Assembly (NCBI GenBank): GCA_023246095.1
Contig: JAHFJA010000003.1
Coordinates: forward strand, 10,782 to 74,781
Direction: 5' to 3'
Length of the DNA: 64,000 nucleotides
From: a bacterium
GTDB taxonomy: Bacteria > Patescibacteriota > Patescibacteriia > JACQRZ01
This document shows, piece after piece, positions 38,858-49,232 of the stretch; positions within the stretch are counted from its first letter, which is position 1, and each line of letters opens with the position of its first letter. The translations under genes were made by a program, and so were the position numbers. A model generated the notes under the pieces. It did not search any database and was not told the origin of the DNA. It saw only the letters and a program-made list of their open reading frames with translations.

Positions 38858-39682
38858 ATGGAAACAATCATCCACGCATCGTGTCTTAAACACGTATATC
38901 CTGATAAAACCGAAGTTGATCTTTGTGGTCTTGATTTTATTGTAAAAGAAAATGAACGTGTCGCGATTCTTGGGCCAAGCGGTTCGGGTAAGACGACGTT
39001 GCTTCGCCATATTTTGGGTTTGTTGACGCCTGCTGAAGGAAGCATCGAAGTATTCGGTTTTTCACCAACAAAGGAATTTGCAAAGATTCGCCATCGTATC
39101 GGATTTGTCATGCAAAATGTCGACGAACAGCTGACCCAGCCGACCGTGTTTGATGAGATTGCATTTAGTCCGCGTAACTTTGGACACAAAGAAGATGAGG
39201 TTATCGCTTTAACGGAAAGCATCATGACAAAGACAGGTATCATGGATTTGCGAGATAAGGTTCCGCATTATCTTTCAGGTGGGCAAAAGCGTAAAGTGGC
39301 GCTTGCGTCGGCTTTGGTGCTTTCACCGGAATTATTGATTTTTGATGAACCGTTTCAAGGTCTTGATCCGCAATCACGTAATGAATATATCGAGCTTCTC
39401 AATCATTTGACGAAAAACGAAAAAATTTCGACGGTAATGACCTTGCACGAAGTCGACCTCGTACCATTGCTTGCTGATGCGGTGTACTTGCTCAAACCGG
39501 GCGGTATGATCAGCAAAAAAGGGACACCGGAACAGGTATTTACGGATTATGAAAGCCTTAAAGAGTATCATTTAGAGCCGCCGGTACTGTTTCGGTTGTT
39601 TGCAGAGTTGAAAAAGAAACATCCTTCCATTACAATTCCTTTGACCGTAGAAGAAGCGGTTAAGGAGATTGGGGAGATATAG
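38858..39682 (+). CDS. cbiO: ECF ATPase (CbiO-like)
   Basis: GPSGSGKTT, LSGGQKRK, FDEP. Confidence 0.88.
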   Translation: METIIHASCLKHVYPDKTEVDLCGLDFIVKENERVAILGPSGSGKTTLLRHILGLLTPAEGSIEVFGFSPTKEFAKIRHRIGFVMQNVDEQLTQPTVFDEIAFSPRNFGHKEDEVIALTESIMTKTGIMDLRDKVPHYLSGGQKRKVALASALVLSPELLIFDEPFQGLDPQSRNEYIELLNHLTKNEKISTVMTLHEVDLVPLLADAVYLLKPGGMISKKGTPEQVFTDYESLKEYHLEPPVLFRLFAELKKKHPSITIPLTVEEAVKEIGEI

Positions 39683-39704
39683 TCCCGAAAGGACCCCTTT
39701 GGGG
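39683..39704 (-). repeat. Short palindromic dispersed repeat, copy 1
   Basis: rc CCCCAAAGGGGTCCTTTCGGGA matches 58715-58737 at 21/23. Confidence 0.5.
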
Positions 39705-39719
39705 TGTGAATATTTGCAT

Positions 39720-39806
39720 GCCGCGGTGGCGGAACTGGTATACGCACAGGACTTAAAATCCTGGGCTCGTAAGAGATTGAGGGTTCGATTCCCTCCCGCG
39801 GCACCA
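39720..39806 (+). tRNA. tRNA-Leu(TAA)
   Basis: GCCGCGG acceptor, anticodon CT-TAA-AA, long variable arm, GGTTCGATTCC, encoded CCA. Confidence 0.97.
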
Positions 39807-39843
39807 AGGGTGTCTCTTTGAGACAGTTTGTGAATTTTTTATT

Positions 39844-40863
39844 ATGGAAGACGATTTTCTTACCAATGCTCAAGAGCAGCCCGATGAGCAGACGCTCGAT
39901 GTGCAGTTGCGCCCGCAGACGCTCGGACAATACATTGGTCAGGATACGATCAAGGAGAGTCTTTTGATATTTATAAACGCGGCAAAGCAACGTGATGAAG
40001 CAATGGAGCATGTGCTGCTCTCCGGGCCACCGGGGCTGGGAAAGACCACACTGGCCCACATCATCGCAAAAGAGCGGGGAGTCAACGTGCGTGTCACTTC
40101 AGGGCCTGCTATTGAGCGTGTGGGCGACCTGGCCGCGATTTTAACAAATCTTGCTCCTGGCGATGTTCTTTTTATTGATGAGATACATCGCCTCGGTAAA
40201 GTCATTGCTGAATGTCTCTATCCAGCCATGGAGGATTACGCACTTGATATTATTTTAGGCAAAGGACCAACCGCAAAAACAATTCGTCTTGATCTGCCAA
40301 AGTTTACGTTGATCGGTGCAACGACGCGCATGAGCCTGTTGGCGGCACCGCTTCGTGATCGCTTTGGTAATCACTATCATTTAGAGTTTTATACTCCTGA
40401 CCACATTTCACAAATCATAAAACGATCAGCATCTTTGTTGAGCGTGATTTTACCCGAGACCGCTGCATATGAAATTGCCACCCGTGCTCGTGCAACGCCA
40501 CGTATCGCAAACAGACTTTTGAAACGAGTTCGTGATTACGCACAAGTAAAAAATGCCGGCACTATTACAGAAGAAAATGCCATCGAGGCACTTCATGCAC
40601 TCGGGATTGACGATCTTGGCCTCGATAATCTTGATCGAAAAATTCTGGAAACAATTATTCAAAAATTTAATGGGGGGCCTGTTGGTCTGGGCACGATCGC
40701 TGCTTCACTTTCAGAAGACACGGAAACGATCGAAGAAGTGTATGAACCGTTTCTCATGCAAAAGGGATTTTTACAACGAACACCGCGAGGACGTATCGCT
40801 ACGGAACAAGCATATCTTCATTTAGGTCTTGAAGTGCCTGTCATGCAAAAACCGATGTGGTAG
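39844..40863 (+). CDS. ruvB: Holliday junction branch-migration helicase RuvB
   Basis: [31 protein letters not shown]. Confidence 0.98.
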   Translation: MEDDFLTNAQEQPDEQTLDVQLRPQTLGQYIGQDTIKESLLIFINAAKQRDEAMEHVLLSGPPGLGKTTLAHIIAKERGVNVRVTSGPAIERVGDLAAILTNLAPGDVLFIDEIHRLGKVIAECLYPAMEDYALDIILGKGPTAKTIRLDLPKFTLIGATTRMSLLAAPLRDRFGNHYHLEFYTPDHISQIIKRSASLLSVILPETAAYEIATRARATPRIANRLLKRVRDYAQVKNAGTITEENAIEALHALGIDDLGLDNLDRKILETIIQKFNGGPVGLGTIAASLSEDTETIEEVYEPFLMQKGFLQRTPRGRIATEQAYLHLGLEVPVMQKPMW

Positions 40864-40921
40864 GTCTAAGTTTGGAATGTAAAAAAGGAAGTATTGTAAA
40901 CTTCCTTTTTTGTTTTTTTAT

Positions 40922-41506
40922 CTATAGAAACATCAACAGTTGAAACGTTGGTGTCTGTGAAAATCCGTCGGTCATACCTATTTGGTGCAAGTACTCAATT
41001 CCGATAGATCCGAACTGTGTGTTGAATATATAACGCAGAGTAGGACCTATTGCTGGGTGCAGATTTTCTCCTAATACGAATGAACCCGCAAACAGATTAG
41101 GCAATATTTCATAACGTATGCTGCCACTGTAAAAATATGTAGGTTTTGAGATGCCGATTACATCCATTTCTAACGAGTAAGATATCTTGTCTGTTAGGGC
41201 ACCCCACGTAGAAATACTTACCATCGGCTGGTGTTCACCGACGGGGTAGTTCATTGAAATTCCTGGTTGGATAGCAATTTTTTGTCCTTTTAAGTACTCA
41301 TAAGAAATTCCTCCATAAATGAAAAATTGATTTACGCTTTTTGTAGTTTCCAGTGAGTTGAACACATTAAATTCCAAGGAAAAGTTTGAATCACCCAATT
41401 TTTTTTCTACATTCAGTACATTAAAGAGCCAAACGTCTGCCTGGGCTGGGCTTGCCAGCAATAATACCAGCACTCCTACTGACAACACACTGATTAATTT
41501 TTTCAT
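40922..41506 (-). CDS. Secreted beta-strand-rich protein, outer-membrane beta-barrel-like (solo cassette)
   Basis: Signal peptide ending AQA; alternating amphipathic strands; TTGACA(41612)-17-TATACT; AAGGAG SD; terminator 40881-40910. Confidence 0.6.
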   Translation of the reverse strand: MKKLISVLSVGVLVLLLASPAQADVWLFNVLNVEKKLGDSNFSLEFNVFNSLETTKSVNQFFIYGGISYEYLKGQKIAIQPGISMNYPVGEHQPMVSISTWGALTDKISYSLEMDVIGISKPTYFYSGSIRYEILPNLFAGSFVLGENLHPAIGPTLRYIFNTQFGSIGIEYLHQIGMTDGFSQTPTFQLLMFL

Positions 41507-41704
41507 TTTAATGATCTCCTTTTTTACAATATATATTTTTGAAATGGTTTTGTTGTAGGACATCAAATTTCCATTTCGAAGGGAGTATATCAGTTTCAGA
41601 AGATTTTGTCAATAGTTTGTTTACTAATATATAAATAGTCTCAAAACTTGATACTTTCTTGGAAATGTGTTATCCTATATATATCGTAATCTAGCGCTGT
41701 CACT

Positions 41705-42538
41705 ATGCTCTCCTACGACCCCTTACACCCTATACAAAGCGGAATCATACAATTGGTTGGAAAAGAGCCGGGGATTGAGGTACCTACTATTTTGGCTAAA
41801 TTAAAGACAGAATTCGGCGTTATGGTTTCAAAACAGAATCTTTATAAAATAATCGGGAAGCTTATTGATCATCAAGTGCTCGTTAAAAATAGACAGGCAG
41901 TTACTCTCCATCAGCCGTGGCTTGAAAACATGTATACTTTTATATCTAATGCCAAAGAGGTGTATCAAAATAAGGAATACATACAGGATTTTCAACTCGA
42001 AGAAGGTGAACAAAAGGTGTTTATGGCAGATTCGCTTGCTTTGTTGGATGGGACATGGGGGCACATCATGGGAAGTGTGTGTGATATAGCGCATTCTCAT
42101 CATTATTTTGTCTATCATCCGCACCCCTACTATCGGTTTGGTATGGCCGATATAGAACGGCGATACTGGCAGAGCATCTCCGACAAAGGCATTGCAATAC
42201 ATTTGTTGTATGGTAACAAAACATATCTTGATATGTATTCAAGTCAGGCAACGCCGATGCCGGGAACTCAGGATGTGTTGACCGACACACCACCGTTTCC
42301 TAAGGAGGGGTATTTTTTAAATGTGTATGATGATTATATAACAGAGGTGTATATCACTGACGAGATCGCGAGCAGATTTAAGTATTTTTATGATCAAGTT
42401 ACCGATATTTCACAGTTTGATATAGAACATTTTAATGATATTTTTCGAATGAAGGCACAAACGAAGTTTATTTTTAGACGATCAAAAAAAGATGCAGAAT
42501 TGTTAAAAGAAAAGTTTAGGAAGTATTTTTCAATATAG
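41705..42538 (+). CDS. Winged-helix putative transcriptional regulator
   Basis: N-terminal wHTH pattern SKQNLYKIIGKLIDHQVLVK. Confidence 0.6.
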   Translation: MLSYDPLHPIQSGIIQLVGKEPGIEVPTILAKLKTEFGVMVSKQNLYKIIGKLIDHQVLVKNRQAVTLHQPWLENMYTFISNAKEVYQNKEYIQDFQLEEGEQKVFMADSLALLDGTWGHIMGSVCDIAHSHHYFVYHPHPYYRFGMADIERRYWQSISDKGIAIHLLYGNKTYLDMYSSQATPMPGTQDVLTDTPPFPKEGYFLNVYDDYITEVYITDEIASRFKYFYDQVTDISQFDIEHFNDIFRMKAQTKFIFRRSKKDAELLKEKFRKYFSI

Positions 42539-42613
42539 TATTAGACTATTTCTGCCCAGGGTGTACGCTATAATTACGTAATATGGAATTGAAAATCAAA
42601 AAAGGAGGATGTT

Positions 42614-42874
42614 ATGGACATTGATTATTCAAAAATCATGATTATTGCAGGAGATCAACAAGTACTATCGCATGCTACTGATAAAGATATTACATGGGTC
42701 AAACGATCAGAATGTGATCTTGCGGATGAAATTGCGATGAGTAAATTGTTGGCTCGACACACACCAACGTTGCTGATAGTGATAGGTTTGGAGACGCTTC
42801 CCTATAAAGCGGGTGGATTATTGGGAATCGAAAGACTTTGCAAAGAACGCAAAACCACGTATTTGATTCATTAA
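42614..42874 (+). CDS. Small RmlD-N-terminal-like protein (solo cassette)
   Basis: AAGGAGG SD; RSECDLAD...PTLLIV aligns with REEIDLSK...PTLVIN of the adjacent RmlD; terminator 42902-42920. Confidence 0.55.
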   Translation: MDIDYSKIMIIAGDQQVLSHATDKDITWVKRSECDLADEIAMSKLLARHTPTLLIVIGLETLPYKAGGLLGIERLCKERKTTYLIH

Positions 42875-43019
42875 AGGTTATCGTACCTAATAATGAGTAT
42901 TGTCTTACATAATGTAAGACTTTTATTTTTTTGCCATATTCGGCAGTAAAACCATTGACAAGGAGTGGAAATACGGTATAGTCGGAAGTGTTATATAGTA
43001 GTCACAAGGAGTTCTTTTT

Positions 43020-43883
43020 ATGAAGAAAGGTTTGTTTGATAAAGTTGTAGTCATTGGCGAAAATGGTCAACTTGGCCAAGAGCTTATGAAGGTGTTTTCT
43101 GACGTAAAGCCGAGAGGTTTTTCGAGAGAAGAGATTGACTTAAGTAAACCAATGGATATTGGTGCGGTTTTGGCTAATTTCAGTCCAACACTCGTGATAA
43201 ATGCGGCAGCGATGACTAATGTTGATGCGTGTCAGATTAAGGCCAATCAGGAACCAGCAATGATAATCAATGCGATTGCACCTACTCTTATGGCTAGATA
43301 TTGTGAAGATCATCATATTCCTTTTGTTACGTATTCGTCTGATTATGCGGTCGCAGGGGCGAACAAACGAAAAGGATTATATTTTGAGACTGATGAGCCG
43401 TTGCCGCTAGAAAACAATTACTACGCAAGGACAAAAGCATCCATGGAAGAAATGGTTAATCGCAAAGGAGTATACACCGTCAGAACTTCATTTGTCTTTG
43501 GCAACGGAAAAAACTTTTTTAAAGCTGTATTAGAAAACGCGAAACATGGTAAGTCGATTCGTGTTGTTAATGATCAATTCCAATGTGCGACGTACGCAGT
43601 CGATCTGGCACGTCAGACACGATTGATGCTTGAAAAGGATATGCCTTCTGGTGTTTATCACGTCGTCAATGTAGGTGCATACACTCTCTCAGATATTGCT
43701 CGCAGAGTCATAGAGATAGCCGGTATTAAATGCGAAGTTATTCCGGTCACTACCAAGGAATATTACAAAGAAGCAACAACCGCTTTTGCATCTCGTCCTC
43801 GTCGGTCAGTATTGGTAAATACAAAATTACCGCCACTGCGCCATCTCGTAGAGGCACTCATGGAATATGTCGGTACACTATAA
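43020..43883 (+). CDS. rmlD: dTDP-4-dehydrorhamnose reductase family
   Basis: GENGQLG, NAAAMTNVD, YSSDY, YARTK, VVNDQ, RPRRSVL; own TTGACA promoter (42955) and SD. Confidence 0.85.
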   Translation: MKKGLFDKVVVIGENGQLGQELMKVFSDVKPRGFSREEIDLSKPMDIGAVLANFSPTLVINAAAMTNVDACQIKANQEPAMIINAIAPTLMARYCEDHHIPFVTYSSDYAVAGANKRKGLYFETDEPLPLENNYYARTKASMEEMVNRKGVYTVRTSFVFGNGKNFFKAVLENAKHGKSIRVVNDQFQCATYAVDLARQTRLMLEKDMPSGVYHVVNVGAYTLSDIARRVIEIAGIKCEVIPVTTKEYYKEATTAFASRPRRSVLVNTKLPPLRHLVEALMEYVGTL

Positions 43884-43930
43884 AATAATCAGAATGATAT
43901 TGTCGTCGGCCCTACTTACCTGTAGGGCTT

Positions 43931-44719
43931 TTATTTTTGCTTACCAACTGAGATCACTACTTTAGCGCCATGTTCCATATCGTCGCCATTCCAATCATGT
44001 ATGGCGTTCATTATCGTCGCAAATTTGTATGTATAATTTTCACCCTTTGTATTGGTGCCCGGATCTTCTGTGATGAAATATCCACTAGGTGTGTATCCTT
44101 TTATTACCAGCATATGATACAGCGGTCCTGGAGCATGGAAATAGGGGTTACCGAGCATTCGTCCTGCGGAAGGCACCATGATGACCTTTTCCTGTGCTAG
44201 TTGCATTTTTATATCATCGATTGTTGGGTTCTGTATAAGCGTAACGTCAGTGAGACCGTAAAATTCTTTCAGAATACGTGTGGTTTCCAATGCGGTGGTA
44301 TCTTCGTAATGTCCAATGTTTTTATCTTCAAAGTCTTTTATTCGTAGCAGTTCGGTACTGATCCCTTCTGGTGAAGGAACTTTTTTCCCTAGAGCATAAA
44401 AAGCCGCGATTAATGACGATGCTTCTTCACAAAAATCTTGAAAAGGAAGATCCCAATTTCGCAAAGGCGCTTGAGAAGCAAACTGAACATCTTTCAGTAT
44501 AATACTTGATGGAAGTGTCGATAGCGGGATTGTCTTGGTGGGGGTTTGTGTTTTAGTTGGTTGAACTTTTTGCGGAAGCGTAAACGTGGGAATACTGGTA
44601 TTAAACGGTGTGGCTGACGTTTGTGTAGCCCCTGAATCGTAGGAGGTAGTATTTGATAATACAATAAATGCACCAACACCAATGAGAGTAACGACGATTA
44701 TGGGGATGTAAGGTTTCAT
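43931..44719 (-). CDS. C39-like cysteine peptidase, membrane-anchored
   Basis: FASQAP...QDFCEEAS, YHMLVIKGY, EDPGT. Confidence 0.85.
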   Translation of the reverse strand: MKPYIPIIVVTLIGVGAFIVLSNTTSYDSGATQTSATPFNTSIPTFTLPQKVQPTKTQTPTKTIPLSTLPSSIILKDVQFASQAPLRNWDLPFQDFCEEASSLIAAFYALGKKVPSPEGISTELLRIKDFEDKNIGHYEDTTALETTRILKEFYGLTDVTLIQNPTIDDIKMQLAQEKVIMVPSAGRMLGNPYFHAPGPLYHMLVIKGYTPSGYFITEDPGTNTKGENYTYKFATIMNAIHDWNGDDMEHGAKVVISVGKQK

Positions 44720-44842
44720 ATGCGTTCAATGATATCAAAAATGCGTACAAAAATCAAGGTTTATATAAAAAAGAAGAACATTGACGTTGGTGTCGGATAG
44801 GATACACTACACGTAGTTCATTTTAATGGAGAGGAACAGGTC

Positions 44843-45328
44843 ATGAAAAAATTTGTTCAATGGTTCTTGCGAACTTGGATAGGAAGAAAAATAGCTGAAA
44901 AGATAAACAGAGGCGCCCTGAACGAACAGAGAAAGAATTGGATGTTTTTTTATAGCGCAATTCTAGGAAGGGAAATTGAAATATCGATAGAAGAAATTCC
45001 TTCGCGTCCTGAATGTCCTCATGAGATATGTACGCTTTTTATCGGGATGTCATCAATACCGAGTACGGAGATTTTAGAAAATATTATTGAGTGGTTGCAA
45101 CTCGATGAATTTAAAGGGTTAGACGTCAGTTCTATACAGAACGATTTGAATGGAGATAGGAGTATCTACGCTGTATGGGTATGTAACATAGAAGAACTTT
45201 CTATACAGGAGCGTTTGTTGTATGAGTTTATGATGGTAACAGAAACTGATTTTGCCTCACCCTGGTTTTTTGAATTTTGTACAAAACTATCTCAAACAAC
45301 CCACTCTTCCTCTATCGTGGAGAAATAA
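44843..45328 (+). CDS. Hypothetical protein (solo cassette)
   Basis: TTGACG(44781)-16-TACACT; GGAGAGG SD; terminator 45348-45374. Confidence 0.7.
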   Translation: MKKFVQWFLRTWIGRKIAEKINRGALNEQRKNWMFFYSAILGREIEISIEEIPSRPECPHEICTLFIGMSSIPSTEILENIIEWLQLDEFKGLDVSSIQNDLNGDRSIYAVWVCNIEELSIQERLLYEFMMVTETDFASPWFFEFCTKLSQTTHSSSIVEK

Positions 45329-45455
45329 ATATATACTAACAATGTAGTAACGAGGGAATCAACCTCGTTATTTTAATTTGTTGACTCTTGACGGAAAGCG
45401 AAATGTAGCGTAGTATCCAGTGGTTGTTATTTTGGGCCAATGGAGGTACCACACA

Positions 45456-45992
45456 ATGCAGAAAATAATACTGTTGTTTGTTCTTTTATTAATTACCTTA
45501 TATCCTCGTCATGCGTTTGCGAGGGTCGTTTCAGTGCCGACATATCATGCTCAAGTAGTATTCACTCGATACGACCCATTCGATATCCGACAAGCACCGG
45601 GAAATGGAATTACGCGTTCAGGGTTGCGCGCAACGATTCCCGCTGTCAATTCCAATACTCCGATGTATGTGGCGGCTGCTCGCTCTACGAGTAAATATTT
45701 TGGCAAACTATATTATGCAAATTTGCGCCACGGGAAAGCACGTCTTACGTGTTTTTTATATGTCATAGACACAGGTAATTTGTCTCCGAACCAAATTGAT
45801 ATTGCGGTAAACGGTAAGCACATAAAGCGTGTTTCACCGTTTATGAGTTGGAAAGGGAATTTACGTTATTTTAAGCTCAAAGAAATAGCATCTTTTGTCC
45901 GACCGGGAAAAAAGTATAGAGAAGGATCGTTGCCTGATCCACGAAAGGTTGAAAAAAGAATTAAGAAGGGGGAATTTAATTATATGATTTAA
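45456..45992 (+). CDS. Secreted 3D/DPBB-like (lytic transglycosylase-like) protein (solo cassette)
   Basis: GGAGG SD; signal peptide ending AFA; TRY...ITRSG...VIDTG...QIDI motifs; terminator 46003-46035. Confidence 0.55.
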   Translation: MQKIILLFVLLLITLYPRHAFARVVSVPTYHAQVVFTRYDPFDIRQAPGNGITRSGLRATIPAVNSNTPMYVAAARSTSKYFGKLYYANLRHGKARLTCFLYVIDTGNLSPNQIDIAVNGKHIKRVSPFMSWKGNLRYFKLKEIASFVRPGKKYREGSLPDPRKVEKRIKKGEFNYMI

Positions 45993-46052
45993 ACCAATTT
46001 CTATAGCTCTGCTTCTTAATGAGGCAGAGCTATTTAATATCAAGATTATAAA

Positions 46053-46994
46053 TTATTTAATGGGACACACAAATTTTCTGACGATGTACTTAAACGGCAA
46101 TAACATCAGCGCCCATGGGAATATTATTAAAACCGACATTGTTAGCACGTTCGGATCTGAGAAAAATGCATTAGCGAGATATATCGCTAATGTGAAATTA
46201 AGAAACGTCAGACATACGGCTATCGTTAGACGGTCAGAGCAATTTCTCCAAAAGGAAACGTGGTATCCCGCAATGAGCAAAAGAGCGACAAAAATAAACA
46301 GTACGACTATTTGAATCAGCATCGCAGGGCCAATACTTTGGAAAATAATCGATGACTGTTTTGCGACGGCGCCCGCAATAAGTAAGCCGAGTAACAGCAA
46401 CGATATTGGTTTGAATGTAAAAAAAGTAATCTTTAGCTGTCGATGCCAGAAGTGACGTATTATTTGAGCAATGGCAAAAGGAATGACGATGACGGTGAAT
46501 AATGAGGTGAACATAGTCATGGCACTGACAGTGACAGCGGTTCCGGCAAATACGTTAATGACAAGAGGTATAGTAAAAGGAGCAAGTAGTGATGTTGTGA
46601 TAGTGAGTACCAATGCGAGGCTCTGTTTACCCCCCACGACCTCTGCAAGAAGCGGTGATGTCATACCACTAGGCATTGCAGCAAGAAGCATTAGTGGTAT
46701 AGCAAGCGATGGTGAAATTTGGTTGGCGATGATAAAGGTGATTGCGGGTAAAATGAGCAACATGAATAGTGTGGAGAGTACTACCATTTTTATATCTTTT
46801 GCTTCTTTCATTACTTCTTTTAGGTCCAGTTTTAGGCTGGTAAGTAAGAAGATAATTTGCAGGAAAAGAGTAGTGTAAGGATTGAGAGCAACAAATGTAT
46901 CTGCAAAAAATAACCCTGCCATGAGAGCTGCAAGGACGATAAACAAGTATGACTCTAGTAATGTAAGAAAAAGACGGGTGACGCGGTTTATCAT
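46053..46994 (-). CDS. Bile acid:sodium symporter family transporter
   Basis: LLAAMPSGMTS, TSLLAPFTIP, NFTLA. Confidence 0.88.
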   Translation of the reverse strand: MINRVTRLFLTLLESYLFIVLAALMAGLFFADTFVALNPYTTLFLQIIFLLTSLKLDLKEVMKEAKDIKMVVLSTLFMLLILPAITFIIANQISPSLAIPLMLLAAMPSGMTSPLLAEVVGGKQSLALVLTITTSLLAPFTIPLVINVFAGTAVTVSAMTMFTSLFTVIVIPFAIAQIIRHFWHRQLKITFFTFKPISLLLLGLLIAGAVAKQSSIIFQSIGPAMLIQIVVLFIFVALLLIAGYHVSFWRNCSDRLTIAVCLTFLNFTLAIYLANAFFSDPNVLTMSVLIIFPWALMLLPFKYIVRKFVCPIK

Positions 46995-47143
46995 ATTTCA
47001 GATCAATAAGATTTGTATGAGGACTATCGTACCATTTTCTTTGAACAAAAACACGTTTATGTCTATTTTCTCTAGTTGACATATTGTTGTATAGGGTATA
47101 TATATTTGGTGGGTATATGAAGTAATGAAGAAGGAGATCGATA

Positions 47144-47734
47144 ATGAGTATAGTAAAAAATATTTTTGATGGTATAGAGGTGGAAGTTACAAATCTTACT
47201 TCAGTTATTGGGGGAAAGTATAGTCAACTTAGTCGGTGGGTGACCTATGATTTGTATGACGACCAAGTGAATCTCAGATTTGATTTTCAATGGTACAAGA
47301 ATCATAACTATGAGGCGTGTTCTGACTATCTTTTGGTAAGGTTGATATGTTCATTGGCACACAAGGGAGATCATTGTTGCCGCAGAGAGTATTTGAGTAG
47401 GAAAATGATTGTTCAGAGAACATATGACAATATACTCGATATTATATTGTCGGAACAAAAGCTGGTTTACAGAGAGAAAAAGTATTATTCGTTTGATTTC
47501 AAATCAAGTAGGGAGGGTTTTTGGTTTTATTTTTCATTGGGTAGTACAGCAAAAGTTGGTATCCCTGGCAGTTTATTTTCCGATGAATTCAAACTTAATA
47601 GGGATCAGTTCCGAGAGAAACCATCGCAGGAATTACGAGAAAAACTTATAGAGCTGTTATCTGAAGAAGTAGGGGAAAAAGTATTGGGTATTTATTACAA
47701 AGGAGAGAATGTAAAAAACAAGTTCAATCAATGA
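47144..47734 (+). CDS. Hypothetical protein (solo cassette)
   Basis: TTGACA at 47076; AAGGAG SD; hairpin ~47750-47775. Confidence 0.7.
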   Translation: MSIVKNIFDGIEVEVTNLTSVIGGKYSQLSRWVTYDLYDDQVNLRFDFQWYKNHNYEACSDYLLVRLICSLAHKGDHCCRREYLSRKMIVQRTYDNILDIILSEQKLVYREKKYYSFDFKSSREGFWFYFSLGSTAKVGIPGSLFSDEFKLNRDQFREKPSQELREKLIELLSEEVGEKVLGIYYKGENVKNKFNQ

Positions 47735-47857
47735 TCGTATTAAATTTCGCCCCTGGATGTTTTTCATCCCGGGGTATTGATTTTTTATAGTCCTTCATAT
47801 TAATGGTTTGTGGCTGAGGGTAAACAGAAACGCCTCCGTAAGGGAGATGTCTTTGTA

Positions 47858-47882
47858 GGGTCACGTGGCGGAGGAAGTAGGA
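47858..47882 (+). repeat. att-like scar, copy related to 48289-48313
   Basis: GGGTCACGTGGCGGAGGAAGTAGGA, 22/25 identity; preceded by a minus-strand terminator. Confidence 0.6.
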
Positions 47883-47929
47883 GTTTTGAACGATAGCAAG
47901 GAAGTAATTAACCATCTATAATAGTTACT

Positions 47930-48145
47930 ATGAAATTTCCGCTTCACGAAACCTGGAAACGATCTCTTGTTAAGGCAATTACCTACAGGGTGTTCATTAT
48001 TATTCTGGATTTTTTAACTATATGGTTGATTACCAAAAGAGCTGAGTTCGCAATTGGATTTGTCGTTATAAGTAACATTTATACTACCATCGCATATTTT
48101 TTTCATGAAAGGTTCTGGAACCGAGTTCCTTGGGGGAAAAAATAA
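47930..48145 (+). CDS. DUF2061 membrane protein
   Basis: RSLVKAITYR and YFFHERFWNRVPWG. Confidence 0.88.
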   Translation: MKFPLHETWKRSLVKAITYRVFIIILDFLTIWLITKRAEFAIGFVVISNIYTTIAYFFHERFWNRVPWGKK

Positions 48146-48223
48146 TCTGTTTATGCGTACCCAAACCTAAATACACCGTTTCTCTTTTTATCAGTATTCT
48201 CATTTGGTTCAAAGTTTATGGAT

Positions 48224-48295
48224 GTTAGAACTAAAATTAATATCTAGCCAAAACAAAAATTGAACTGTTTCCAATTCAATTCCTGTTGGGGTCAC
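48224..48295 (-). repeat. Direct repeat of tRNA-His 3' end + terminator (att-like scar)
   Basis: Gapless 58/72 match to 49862-49933 (47/55 over the part nearest the tRNA). Confidence 0.8.
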
Positions 48296-48336
48296 GTGGT
48301 GAAGGAAGTGGGGACTTTAGTTATTTCTAATTGCTG

Positions 48337-49134
48337 TTACAACGTTTCCAAAAAAGCATCTTTGATCGGTGGTTTGTAAGTACTTACTTTAGAAATATTC
48401 CATACCACTTCAAATTGTGCGCGCATCAGTTCTGCAAAGTCTTTGCTTTGGACAATGAATCCAAATGTTTCTTTTCTCGATGAGATGAACGCGACCTTAT
48501 TTTCATAGATTGTGTGTCCCATGTTCCAGGTCATGTTCAGCGGTGCAATACGAAGGTCTCGCAGGTGTTTCTTCCCAATCCCGAGAAAAGGAAATTGGTC
48601 TATGTTCACTGTTTTGTCTTTTGGCCAGATGACGCGCAAATGATTTTTGTTTTTGATCCGTTTGCGATTAAAGTTTTCTAGGTAGTGCGTTCCTAACACT
48701 GCGATCATTTCTTCCATCGGCCAAATCGAGAGGATCTGTGTATGATCGTACCAATACAGGTCATTCAAAATTTTGCGCACTTGTTCGGTCCCTCTGAAAT
48801 GTCTAATCTTTGGTTCATTATTTTTTTCCTGCTGGATGGGATGGTATCTGTCTATGTTTTTACTCTGTATTTCAAGGCTCTCAATCTTATTTTTCATGAG
48901 TTGTTTTAATTGTCCTATGTCATTGATTTGAAATAGTTTTTTGCTGTCTTCATCCTGTTCGATGATGAGGCCATTTTCAAGAAGAATATTCAGATGGTCA
49001 TAAATCGAAGAGCGTGGCATGCTGATTGTTTCGGCAAGTTGGCGCGCTGAACTGCTTCCTCGCTCAAGAAGGCGAGTATATACGAGGGTCGTATTTTCAG
49101 AAAAGCCTAATTCTTTGAGGATTGCTTCTATCAT
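48337..49134 (-). CDS. TrmB-family transcriptional regulator
   Basis: LKELGFS...VYxxLLERG...PRSSIYDHL; C-terminal IYENKVAFIS...FEVVW. Confidence 0.85.
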   Translation of the reverse strand: MIEAILKELGFSENTTLVYTRLLERGSSSARQLAETISMPRSSIYDHLNILLENGLIIEQDEDSKKLFQINDIGQLKQLMKNKIESLEIQSKNIDRYHPIQQEKNNEPKIRHFRGTEQVRKILNDLYWYDHTQILSIWPMEEMIAVLGTHYLENFNRKRIKNKNHLRVIWPKDKTVNIDQFPFLGIGKKHLRDLRIAPLNMTWNMGHTIYENKVAFISSRKETFGFIVQSKDFAELMRAQFEVVWNISKVSTYKPPIKDAFLETL

Positions 49135-49232
49135 AGATATTTGTCGATATTCGACGACATATTGACATAATAGGGTTTTCGTACCATGATGTCAAACGGT
49201 AATATGAATGATTAAGTAAAGGAGGAATAGAA

